Shown piece by piece: positions 49,901 to 61,905 of a stretch of 64,000 nucleotides of DNA (within the stretch, counting starts at the first letter, position 1; every line of letters begins with the position of its first letter). The stretch is from NCBI RefSeq assembly GCF_018977255.1, contig NW_024704743.1:1550001-1614000 (forward strand), written 5' to 3'. The notes below the pieces were generated by a model, which searched no databases, had not been told where the DNA came from, and saw nothing but the letters and a program-made list of their open reading frames with translations. The translations under genes were made by a program, and so were the position numbers. Source of the stretch: Callorhinchus milii. Its lineage: Eukaryota.

Positions 49901-52900
49901 TTAGAATACTGGATTGTCAGGTCCGACCGGATCAGTCAGGTGGACAAATGAGATATACGAGTGAGTCGCTACTCTTTCATAAAACTGATACCATCACACA
50001 TAGCAGATTCCCCATGCCCCCCAGACTCATTATAGGCCACACAAAGTCTTATCTACGGGCACAGCTCACCTCACTCACACCCAGGAGAAAAGAGGGGGAA
50101 TAGAATCAGAATTTATCTCCCTAAAACAATACAGGAAGGTAGAAAATAATATCTCAGATACAGTACATAGTTTGGGACACGGCATGTCAAGCGCGAACCA
50201 AATGGACCTTGGTCTGCTTTCGCCAGCAAATTCTTATGTTCTTAAAAATTCCTAATCTTATCACCTTTCCGATGCTCGATCCATCTCCAACGATGACAAC
50301 AAATCTCCAATGGCTATTAAAGTCAAATGGAGTTCATCTTAACCTTTCTGGTCACTGCTCAAAACTTCCAGTTTGACTGTGGCGGTGCGTTGTTTAGGCA
50401 AACTCAGCCGATTAGCGCGCAGCAAGATCCCACAAACAGCCATGAGATGAATGACCAATTAAATCTGGAGGATTGTAGGTCATAGCATTTCAAATCAGTG
50501 CTGGAGGGTTATAGTATTGTCGGAGGTGCCGTCTTTCAAATGTGACATTAAACCGAGGTCCCATATGCTTGTCCAGGTGGCTGTGAAAGATCCCATGGTG
50601 CTCTTCGAAAAGAGAAGGGAGCTTTCACCTTTCCTAGGAGTATGTCTCAAAATACTTTACATGGACATTGTGGGACATCAAGATCGAGGAGAGGGTAAGG
50701 GGGAAGGTGATACATTTTCAAAGAGGAAGATTTTTTTTTATTGGTTTGAAAACCATTGTGAGCTGCATGTTTCTGACTGATTCAATGGCAGCAGTACAAC
50801 AATGGGCACCTTGGAGTTTCCAATGTCATGGCTTCCATCAAACCTCAGTGGTCAGAGCACTCGCCTTGCAAGCAGGCTGTGTCCACCTCCCAGGGGGTGG
50901 GGGTGGGAAGGGAAGAGGGTGAATATTTTAGTTCAGTTCCGGCACGCAGACGTCTTGACTACGAGTACTCACTACCTAGAACGGATGTGTGTGCCCTGGT
51001 TGGCTAAATACACACATCTGCCAATTGCATTTAACCACAATGTTGTATTGTTCGAAGCTTCATCTGCGTATCGTCGATAATTATTAACTCGCGCTTGTTG
51101 CTTGAGCTAAATTTACCAAAAACTGGCAGGTTTTGTGATGATGAAGAGGAATAAATTTGGGCACATTTCGGAATTTCAAATGGGGTGCAAGGCTTACAAC
51201 AACCACAAATTACATTTATATAGCGTCCATCACTTCGAAAGGCCGCTCGCTCTAAGTGACTTGATAATCACACCCTTTTCAAAAACAGTTACCTCTTTGA
51301 CCTACGGTCCTTTCCATCTCCAGTCCGCGGAGTCTGACCCCCCCCCCCGTCTCTATGAAGCACCCCAAAATGTCCGATACAAAGTACGCTACAGAAATAA
51401 CTTGTGGGTCATTGCTGTGCACTGTATTTTCCTACAAATACAGTTCCTTTACAAAGATTGAAAAGAATGCACTTCACTGTAAAATGCTTAGAAAATACTT
51501 TGAGATGGTCTGACAATGTGATAAGGCACTGTAGCATAGAATTATAAAAAAATGACAGCACAGAAGGAGGCCATTCGGCCCATCAAGTTTTCTCTCAGAG
51601 CAAGCTGTTCGTTCAGTCCCAATTCCCTGCCTTACTCCTATACCTATATCCTTTATGTATCTGTGTACTCCCTCTTGAAACCCACCACCATACTTGGCAC
51701 ACTATTCTCCATCCCACACTCACACACAGCGCTCGAGATGCTGCTCCGGGTAAAAAAAAGCACTATATAAATGCAATTCGTTCTTTTTGTTGTTGAAAGC
51801 ATTTCTTCTAAGCTTTCCTTTCTGTGTTCTTGTGACCGTCATATCAAATGCAAGCGGTTACGAATCATGACAAATTCAGTTAAAAACCATCATTGAAAAA
51901 ATAATTAAAAGGGAGGTTAGTCACAGGGTTTTTTTTTTTGCACAGAGGTTGGTTGGAATGTGGAATTCTCTGCCCCAAAGCGTCGCAGATCTTTTAAAAG
52001 TGCCTTGGGACATCCTCCCGACATGAAAGGCGCCATAAAAATGTAGTTTGTTGTTGTCAAAGAGAATCAGATTGAAGAGGAATATTAAAATAGCCCTGGG
52101 AGCGAGCAGGAGAATGGGATCAGATTGGGAAATACGCCTATTGTGGAAAACAAACAACAGCACACAATCGATGCCCGAATGTTCTGTGCTGGAACGTCCT
52201 GATTCTTTAGTGCAAATAATGCTACTCACCTTTTAGTATAGTGCCTTTCACATCAGGAGGACATCTCAAAGCACTTCATGGAATTCACTGGAGACTGTGT
52301 TTTGTGGGCAAACACGGTAGCCAATGTTGCACAAAGAGCCATGAGCAATTTTGTTGGAGGGTGGGTGTGGGAATTATTGGTCAAGACACCATTCTCTTTT
52401 CAAATAGCGCTGTAGGATCTTTAACGTCCACCTAAACAGGCAGGCAAGACCTCGGTTAACATGTCAGCTGAAGGACGGGTGAAATTCGCCACTCTCTCAA
52501 AAGAGTTACTCCGAAAAGCTGACAGAAAAGCTTGTCTCTGAAAAAGTTTTAAAAGAGTTGGCACAGGCACGATGGGCCGAATGGCCTCCTTCTGTGCTGT
52601 AAGATTCTATGATCAGCTCTAAGCACACTCAAGAGTTCAATTTAGGCACAGATCCCCATAGCCACTGACATCTACAGACAAAAGATCTGTTTTGTAAACT
52701 CTGCCGTTTCCTGTTGCCAGCAATTTGACTGTTTGTAGCAAATGATTCTGCTTGTGTTTGTGGGTGTGTATGCTAAAAAGCACAGGCATGTAAATCCAAG
52801 GAGCAGAGAGATTCAGGAGAGGTGAATAGGAGGTGGGCTTGGTTAGGGGTTCGTGCCATATCATTTACATAATCCTTGCATTTGATAAAGCGCCTTATGA

Positions 52901-54738
52901 CATCTTCGAGACGTCTCAAAGCGCCTCACAGAATACACTGTAAAGTGAATTGACTGCATATTTTGTGCGTGAAACGCAGCAGCCAATTGTGCACAGCAGC
53001 GTCCCCACAAACAGTTGTGGATTGAATGACCAAATTTTTATTTATTATTTTGAAGGGATTATTACCACTGGAAAGCGACCACTAATTGATTAACAACCGG
53101 GTACCTACTTCCTGCTAGGTAAATAGTGGCGTGTGCGTGGAGTAAGCAAACTTGCCCAACATTTTGCCCTGCTCGGGAATCAAACCGAGGTCCTCTCGCT
53201 TGCGAGGTGAGGGCTCTAACCACTGAGCTACAGGACTTCTTTAGTATAAAGAAGTGTTTTTACCCACTGAAGCACTGGGAACAAATGATCAAGAGAGGAA
53301 CAAATGATCAAGAGAGGAACAAAGTGCTGGTAGTTTAGCAGCTATCTCAAGCCGCTGTACAAACCCAGAACAATGCCACCATCAGCCCTGTGAAACATAC
53401 CTTGCATATGCTGTAGTGCTCAAAGAGTGAAAGCAATCCAATGTCGCTACGCCCTGTGATTCCTTTGAGCACGGTGATGTTCCCGTTGCCAGAATCAAGG
53501 TCTACAACATCATTGAAAACATTGGAAACAGCCCTGCCAGTCAACAGCAAGTTCACTAGCTCCTGGGGAGACACAATCCACAAATATCTGATGAATTTAA
53601 CATTCTACAGAACTAGGACTGAAGTTTTATCAACGTAGCTTAAAACAACAACTTGCCTTTATATAGGGTTGCCTCTCAGAGCACTTTACAGTGACCAAAT
53701 TATTATTATTTTTTTTTGCATGATATAATCTGAAAAGAGAAAGGGGTGAAAAATCCCCCCCCCCCTCCCACAAAATACAGTCACTCCATTTTGCAGTATG
53801 TTCTGTGAAGTGCTTTGAGATGTTTCAACGACATGATAAGGGGCTGTATCAAATGCGAGGTCTGTTATTCCGAGACGTTAAACTTCAGACTTTTTTCAGC
53901 TTTTGGTTAACGGAAAAGCTGGTGGTGGAAGATTACATATTTAAGTTGTTGTTATATTGAGCTGGAAATCCATCCATTGCTTTTCCGATATCACCATTGA
54001 GAAATGGTGATTCAATACGATTAATATAAATAAAAATCCTTGTATTTTATATAATACAGCACATCTGTCCTCAATTAATTTCATTGAGGATTAGGAACCA
54101 ACGCATGAGCTTATTCTCTTTTCGAATAGTTTCACAGGATCTTTGACGTCAACTAAATGGGTCCTTGGTGTAACTTTGTATTGTATCTTCAACAATGCAG
54201 GGCATTGAACAGCCCTGCATTGGAGTGTCAACCTGGATTGTCAACTCAAGTCCCAGTATGAGTAATAATAACTCATGCATTGATATAGCGCCTTATTACG
54301 TTGAGAAGTCTCAAAGCGCTTCACGGAATATATTGTGAAGTGGATTTATGGTGTATTTTGTGAGCAAAACATGGCAGCGTCCCACAAATAGTCGTGGACT
54401 GAGTGACCACTTTTTGGGGGAGAGATTATTTTCCCAATCCGCTATTTGACTAACAACCGGGTTCCTACTTACTGCTAGGTAAACAAAGGCGGATGGAGTA
54501 ACGAAACTTGCCTAAGATTTCCCTGCCCGGGAATCGAACCCGGGTCCTCTCGCTTGAACCAGTGGGGGTCTGACTACGAGATAAGACAGCTGGAGAACAA
54601 ATCTGACCCCTAGACTTCAGCAAAAGTTCTAAGGCTGCTCTCGAGACTGCCTCGACGGCTTGAGCTTCACTGACCTGTGTGCAGTATCCATGTGCTCCAA
54701 TCAGTGAACTTGCAGGGACGTCAAAGTCAGATATCACC
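43893..54738 (-). CDS. MINDY4: MINDY4/FAM188B probable ubiquitin carboxyl-terminal hydrolase, last five coding exons (upstream exons not found in the window)
   Basis: Exons 54675-54738, 53401-53562, 47477-47657, 47097-47169 and 43893-43941 splice in frame to ...[35 protein letters not shown]...[33 protein letters not shown]...[18 protein letters not shown]...[27 protein letters not shown], matching the MINDY4 C-terminus as I recall it. Confidence 0.93.
44330..44810 (-). mobile_element. DeuSINE-like SINE, near full length, interrupted by an L2-type tail fragment (~44520-44590)
   Basis: Same head and central motifs as 36120-36460 on the reverse strand. Confidence 0.72.
44941..46103 (+). mobile_element. 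5'-truncated CR1-clade LINE (RT C-terminal half plus 3' UTR) in the last MINDY4 intron, antisense to the gene
   Basis: KVPHKRL...[21 protein letters not shown]...KFADDTKL and [15 protein letters not shown] motifs; premature stop at 45242 and frameshifts; tail gaatggcggggcaggctcgaagggccgaatgg...atgttatgttat. Confidence 0.93.
46105..46422 (-). mobile_element. tRNA-headed SINE abutting the CR1 tail
   Basis: Family head (ggagtcctgtagtttagtggttagag), core and partial tail. Confidence 0.85.
47097..47169 (-). CDS. MINDY4: MINDY4 penultimate exon ([25 protein letters not shown])
   Basis: ctatcag/gtgagt boundaries, 73 nt; PPLE.CIRTK motif. Confidence 0.92.
47477..47657 (-). CDS. MINDY4: MINDY4 exon with the SESHFS motif (putative catalytic His)
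   Basis: tatag/gtctg boundaries, 181 nt; [25 protein letters not shown]...YYYDGLANQ. Confidence 0.94.
52870..53238 (-). mobile_element. tRNA-headed SINE, full length
   Basis: Family head, core and tail. Confidence 0.88.
53401..53562 (-). CDS. MINDY4: MINDY4 exon ([54 protein letters not shown])
   Basis: ccccag/gtatg boundaries, 162 nt, phase 0-0. Confidence 0.94.
54675..54738 (-). CDS. MINDY4: MINDY4 exon ([21 protein letters not shown])
   Basis: tttccag acceptor and gtcagt donor on -; [10 protein letters not shown] motif. Confidence 0.92.
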
Positions 54739-56039
54739 CTGGAAAGAATCCAAGAGTAAGCAGTTCAGAGTTTTGTTCAGAATGCCTGTGTAGCTGTTGT
54801 TTGTGATCCCTCAGCTGTGAATGCCTTGACACCAATCAACGGGATAGCTTTCCCATATTGACTTCACTTTCAGGGTGTGACCACTCTGTAATGCAGAACA
54901 CTCTGTTCAAGTGGCTCAGAAACTGCCCACTTGGCACTTTGTGAGTTTATCCAGGTGTGTGTGTGTTTGCCTTTCCTTGGGAAACAATAAGATTAAAAGC
55001 TGTGACAATGGTTTATAAAATCAAGAAAACAGGTTCTGTAGTGACACAAGTAGGAAAGGTTACAGGACACTCACATACCAGGCTCCACATCGCCATCACT
55101 CCCCATACTTGGCCAATAAGAAAAAGAGAGAACTTGTATTTTGATAACGGCAAAGCATCTCATTTGTAGTGACTTTTATTGTAGGCTGTTTTGGGCACCG
55201 CAAAGCCAATGTAGCAACCAATTCAGCTGGAAGATTGTTGGTCAGGACAGTGAGCGAAACGACCTTCGTTTTCAAAAGGATCTTTTATGACCCCGTGAAG
55301 AAAAAGTAACCTCTGGTTTTATGTCTTGGCACCTATGATAATAGTACTGCCCTGGAGTGTCAGCTGTGACTCAAATCTTGGCAGTGAGCTCACAGTCCCA
55401 ACATGAGGCTTGAACCCACAACCTTGTGTTGCGGAGAACTGTCAATGAAGCCAAGCTAACACACTGAATTACTGGTCAGTAATTACTGGTCTTCGCATTT
55501 GAACGCATTGGGATCAACGGAACATGCTTCAACCTGGGACCTTTACTTGAACCATGAACCTATCTGTCCAGGTGGTTCGTTAAAGACCCCTATTCGAAAA
55601 GAGTAGGTGGTTTCTCTGTCCGTGTGTCCTGGCCAACAAACCCCACCCCCACCAAATAAAATTGATTGTTCAGGCCTCGGGCTGTTTGTGGAACCCAAAA
55701 ATAAGCGTGCTACCAAGGGAAGACATAACAACAACAACAACAAGCATCTCAAGAATGCTTAAAACGCTTCCGCCACTAAGGAGGAAGCAGCAGATTTTTG
55801 CTGAAGGTTACATTTTTGTCATTCCAAATTATAAATCGCACAGGACAATGCTAGGCTGATTTCTGAAGTTATGAGGACAACATAGAGATAAACAAATTAT
55901 TTTTGGTTTTGGTGCAGAGATAAGACCCATTTCCTATTTCCATGTTTGATTGTTTTCCCCGAAAAGGAAGGACACCAATCTGACTGTGAAATCTCCAATT
56001 AACTTTTTTACTTTCAAAAGAAAATTCAGCACTAATCAT

Positions 56040-56390
56040 TAACAACAACAACTTCGATTTATACAGCCTTTCAGAGCACTTTACAGTAATGGATCCCGGG
56101 GCCGAGCCAGGGGGAGGAAGGTGACCAAAGGTGCGGCCGAAAAGAAAGGTCTTCAGCAGGGACCTGAAAATAGGAAGAGAGGGGGCGAGGTGAAGGGAGT
56201 GAGGAAGGGAATTCCAGAGCCTCGGGGTATAGTGGCTGAAGGCACGGCCGCTGAGGGTGGAGCAGAGGACTCGGGGAACGAGGAGGAGGCCAGGAATGAA
56301 GGCAACGGGTACTGTTTTGAGGAGAGAGGAGGTCAGAAAGGTCGGGGGGTGCAGAGGAGTGCAGGGACTTGAATTCAAGGGTGAGGATTC
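56040..56390 (-). mobile_element. L2 3' end fragment
   Basis: GRAFSHYTPRLWNSLP...LKTFLF plus L2-type tail. Confidence 0.8.
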
Positions 56391-57377
56391 AAATCGCCGT
56401 AATCACAGTGCCAAGACATTTAAGGTGAAAAATGCAGTGAGTGATAATACTTATTGGACTAATTATCATCCACCGGTGACAATTATCAGCAGAAATTGCA
56501 CCAAATGCCATCCTATCCAGTGATAATTATCACCCTCAAGTGTTAGATTTGACCTTGCTGCAGATCGATTGATTCAGAAATGAAGGAAAAATATACTTTC
56601 CTCTTGCAGATGGTTTGCAATAAATGATAATCCATGGAGAGATTGGCGGGATGCGAGGGTGGGTATCCTGGAAGGATGAGATTGGATGGACCAAAGTGTC
56701 TTCTTCATGCAAACCGATCTTGTGTCTTGTGAGTCAAGGATACGATCCAGATGGGTGTATGTTTGGATCACACGGCAGAAGTTATTCCTGCTAACTGGCT
56801 GGATATCTGGATGCCCATTGATCCTGATAAGACACAGGCACCAGTAAAGTACTGAGGAAAAAAACTGATGGGCGAGTTACCACCTGAAATGTCCTACAAA
56901 AAGCCATAGAGCGAGTGCCCAACTCTATTTGGGGGATTTGTTGACCAGGAGAAACACCCTTCACTTTTTGATTCGTGCCATGGGAACTTTCACCTCTACC
57001 CGAACAGGCAGACCTTGCTTCCTGCAACATGGCAGCCAGATTGATTTTGGACAGGAATGATAGGGAAAATTCCTTTGTTTGTAAACATGAGGAAACATCC
57101 CAGGCCTGAATCCTGAGGGTTGCTATGCACTATTTTAGAATTCCAACACTGCCTGAGATCGCTCTCCCCACCACCACCCCCAGCAGCAGCAGCAGCAGCA
57201 AAGAACTTGTGCTGGGGCAGCACATTTCACATGCTCTCTCAATTGTGTAAAAAGACTTGTCCTAATCCCCTTCACACCAATTGGCATTCCTGAGTTCCTG
57301 AGGATTTCACACACTTGGAAACACACAGATACCTCATCACCACTTTGATCAGTCTTAAGCTGCGTTTAAGAATCATA

Positions 57378-58779
57378 ACAACAAAATTACATTTATAGAG
57401 CGCCTTTTACATCGGGAGGATGTCCCAAGGCGCTGGACAGTCAGGGTTCAGGACCCGAGCATGGGGGGGGCGGGGTGGGGTAGGGGTGAGGGAAGGCAGA
57501 GAGGTGGGAGGGCAACTGAAGGCACGATCGAAGAGGAGGGTCTTGAGACCGGCCTTGAAGGAGGCAAGGGAGGAAGCGAAGCGAAGGACTGTGGGGTGGA
57601 GTTCCAGAGTGTGGAGGCAGAGAGGCTGAGGTTGGGCGGGAGCCATGGAGCAGGCCGGAGCCCGCTGGAGGGAGCGGGCAGATTGGTAGGGAGGCAGCAG
57701 GTCAGAAAGGTAGGAGGGGGCAAGACGATGGATGGCCTTGAAAGTGAGGACGAGGATCTTGAATTCGATCCCCTGGGGGATGGGGAGCCAGCGGAGTCGG
57801 GTGGAAGTGATGGAGTCACGGAGCCTGGTGCGCGAGAGTACACGAGCTGCAGAGTTTTGGATGATCTGCAGCTTGGGAAGGGAAGAGTTGGGAAGGCCGA
57901 TGAGGAGGGAGTTTCCATAATTGAGCCTTAATGTGACGAATGTGTGGGTGAGGGCTTCGACAGCCTGAGGGGTGAGGCAGTGGCGGAGTCTGGCAATGTT
58001 GCGAAGGTGGTGGTAGGCAGTGCCGGTCATGGCGCGAATGTGGGGGAGAAAGGACAGTTCAGGGTCAAACAAGACATCCAGGTTCCTGACTGGCTCAGTG
58101 AGGTTGAGTGTGCAGCCATGGAGGCTGATGCTGCCAGCGCCCGAGGTGCGGAGGCACTGGCACGAGCCAATTAGGAGGGCCTCGGTCTTGCTGACGTTCA
58201 GTTGGAGAAAGTTGTCCCTCGTCCAGGACTTGATGTTGGACAGGCAGTCGGTCAGGATGCCAGTGGTCCTGGAGTTGAGGGTGGAGGCAGAGAGATAGAG
58301 TTGGGTGTCATCTGCACACATGTGGAAATTTACCCCGTGTCTGCGGATGATGCCACCAAGGGGGAGCATGTAGAGGGTGAAGAGGAGGACAGAGGATAGA
58401 GCCCTGAGGAACGCCGCATGAGACGGTGCGGGGGCTGGAGAAGAAGCCATTTGCTGAGACGAAGTGGAGGTGGTGTGAAAGGCAGGACCTGAACCAGTCA
58501 AGGACAGAACGTTGAAGGTTGAGGTGGGAGGAGAGATGGTGGAGGAGGATTAAGTGGTCCACAGTATCAAAAGCGGCAGAGAGGTTGAGCAGGACGAGGA
58601 GGCAGAGGAAGCCCTAGTTACACATGGTCAGGATGTCGTTTGTGACCTTGACCAGAGCAGTTTGCTTGCTGTGGGCAGCACGGAAACCCGATTGGAGGGG
58701 CTCATGGACAGAGTGGGAGGAAAGAGCGAAGCTGGGAGATAACGGCTCTCTCAAGGACCTTAGACAGAAAAGGGAGGTC
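57378..58779 (-). mobile_element. Older 5'-truncated L2 LINE of the same family, degenerate
   Basis: Homologous to the 16-18 kb copy; YADD has become CADD, with frameshifts and deletions; same 3' tail. Confidence 0.92.
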
Positions 58780-60396
58780 ACAGCTCGTCACAGCTCCCTA
58801 TACATGTTAACATTTCAGTGCAGGGCTGTAGGAGCACTGATCATCGTAGATGTCATGCTTCGGGTGAGGCCTTCAACTAAGGTCACATCTACCTGTTCAA
58901 GGCCCTTATATTTTAAAAAAGCCCTCATGTGTCGAGAACACCCTTATTTTCCACTACATTCTGCCTACGTGCGGTTCCTAATGTGGTTTGAGCTGGAAAG
59001 AACAAAGTCAAGGTGTGAAATTCCACTGGGTTATGAGGGCCCCGTTGACAGGTGTTAAACTGTCAGCCACTTTGCAAAGCGACTATCAGCACGTACAAAA
59101 TGGGACTTGTAGCGTCCTTTCTACTGTATTTGCCTGCAAAAAAAAGTTACTGACTTCCTTCAACGGGCTGTTCTTTTTGGGGCGCGGGGGGGCGTCAATT
59201 GGATGTTTGACACATGCAGAAACCTGGGCCATCACCTAATCCAAGAGTTCCATTCATCCCACCTATACGTAGAAATTCCAGAGATGTTTATTGAAATGAA
59301 AATGCGCTCTTTCTCTCTCCCTCGAGGGACACAACCTGCTTAGGGACTATTAGACTTGGGGACCCCAGAGTGTGCATTGGGGGTACAAATGGCATCCAAC
59401 CAGCTAAAACTGGATAGCTTGCCATTGAGAGCACTGTCTGGCAGGTTTTCCCACTGCTTTGTACAGCGAGGCCCCTAGGTAACACCTTCCAACAGCTGTC
59501 AGCCCCCAGCCTCAGAGTTTCATCAGCAGCTACCTGACAGAAATCTCCTTTAGCATGGAGGGGGCGGACCTTGACAGGAAAGCGTATGACATTCCAGCCA
59601 CCTTGATATTCTCGAAGTCCAAGTCCAGGCTGACTAAGCACCAGCTGCTTTAATCCAGGTCCTCATGTGAGGGGCTTTGGTAAATATGCACGCAGCGCCC
59701 GCTATGAACTCGATTCTGCCTCCGGTGTGCTCTGGGACACTACCCTGCGTGAGGGACGCCATATCAATGCAAGTTGCTGTTGTTGCTCAGCCTTAGGTCA
59801 GTGCAGGCCAGTGACCAGATACCCCACAATCCTCTCTGGAACAGATACAGTAAGACCGTCCCCCTTGATGGCGTCCAACACATTGATGAATATGGAATAG
59901 GATGGATAACAATGGCCGGCCTTGCTCACCCCCGCCCCACCCCCTTCAAGAGAGATGGACTCAGTGAGTCCGCCTTCAACCCTTACACGGATACCGGGAT
60001 CTGGAAAAAGATTCTGTTAAAATTCCAAGATTTGGGCATGTAGTTCCAGCATCCTTCACACAGAAATGCAATGACCAACTGAGATATCATTTGGTGAATT
60101 TGGATGAGGGAAGAACACAGGCCAGAAGAGGTGGTTGAGACGTCTCGAAGCGCTTCACAGAATATAATGTGAAGCGGAGTGACTGTATTTTGTGGGCGAA
60201 ACATACTAATGAACTTACAACCTTCTGTTTCAGAGGTGAGAGAGCTACCAACTGAGCCAATGGGCTCTTTCTTGCTCACAAATTTATTGCTTTTCAGGGG
60301 GTAATAATTCCTTAAAAAAAATAATAAATTGGTCAGTCAATGCATGACTGTGTGTGAGACGCTGCTGTGCGTAATTGGCTGCTGCATTTCGCTCAC

Positions 60397-61394
60397 AAAA
60401 TACATAGTCAATTCACTTTACAGTAATATTCTGTGAAGTGCTTAGAGACAGTTCAAGGTGATAAGGTGCTGCATCAAATGCAAGGATTATTATTATTGTT
60501 ATTATTATTAAATGCTTATGTAGAAAACAGCTCTGAGTGGAACTCAGTGAACCCAGAGCCATGTTGCAAAGAGATTAAATTCAGCGCAGTTTCCCAAGAT
60601 CTGACTCTGGTCACATTATTGGCTGTACATCAACAACATTGGGTGATGTAGGACATGACATGTTTACAACTTCCCTCTTGCTCCCAGAAGAAATAGCCTG
60701 CAGAAATACCGATTCCCTCCTTTTCAATACAGGCAAAGAAACGGGGCTATTTTACTGCCGAACTTTGCACGCTTTGACAACCCATTGTGTAAGCGAACCT
60801 TGGGATTCATTAAAAACATCCGGGTATTGTGCTCTCTAATCACAACAACAACAAATCTGACACAGTTTGATGGTAGACCTGAAATTAGCATTTTCCACAA
60901 TTCTGCAACAACTTAAAAGTTTAGACCATAGCTTGATTTATTGGAATTTCAGGCATTCCAAGGCATTTCTGCCTCAATATCCTTTTCAGGCATTCCACTC
61001 TCTGACACCTTTTCGTTAGCGATCTCGCTAAAAGCATTTAACATGGCCAAAGTGTGGACAGCGGTTGTTGGAAAATGCCTTTGCTGTGATGTAAAATATA
61101 TAGTCAATTCACTTTACAGTAATATCCTTTGAAGCGCTTTAAGACGTCTCAAAGGTGTGATAAGGCGCTATCAAAGGCAAGGATTATTATTATTATTAAA
61201 CGCTCATGTCGAAAACAGCCCTGAGTGGAATTCAGTGAACCCAGAGCCATGCTGTAAAGAGATTAAATTCAGCGCAGTTTCCCGAAATCTGACCCTGGTC
61301 ACTTTATTGGCCGTACATCAACAACATTGGGTCATGTTTACAACTTTCCTCTTCCTCCCAGAAGAAATAGCCTGCAGAAATACCGATTCCCTCC
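60397..61394 (+). repeat. Local direct duplication of ~310 bp (60397-60720 and 61093-61394)
   Basis: A SINE 3' tail plus ~200 bp of unique flank is repeated, with 14 substitutions in the unique part and a 14-nt indel. Confidence 0.92.
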
Positions 61395-61587
61395 GAATGG
61401 TGTGATGTAATATCATCACAGGTTCCCATCACAAGCTGCAGATCATTCGTACATCTGCAATTAGCTCTTCTTCAATCCCTCCGCCTTGCCCCACTCGCTC
61501 CCCCTTTTCAAGTCCCGCCTGAAAACCTTCCTTTTCGACCATGCTTATGGTCACTAATAATTATTATTAGTGTTCAAAATCCTACTA

Positions 61588-61905
61588 TCCTGTAGTATAG
61601 TGGTTAGTATGCTAGCATCACAAGCGAAAGGCCCCAGGTTTGATTCCCGGGTGAGGCAAAACCTTAGACATGTCTCCTTACTCCACACGCCCTCTGTTTA
61701 CATAGCAGTAAGTAGGAATCCGGTTGTTAGGCAATTGATGGATAGCTTTTCCGTAATAATCCCATTTTATAACTCCACAACCGTTTGTGGGACACTTCTA
61801 TGTGTAATTGGCTGCTATATTTTACCCACAAAATATACAGTCAATTTATTTTGAGACCTCTGAACAACGCGACAAGGAGATATCAAATGCAATTAATTAT
61901 TATTA
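61588..61905 (+). mobile_element. tRNA-headed SINE, older diverged copy
   Basis: Family head, core and tail with many CpG-to-TpG changes. Confidence 0.8.
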
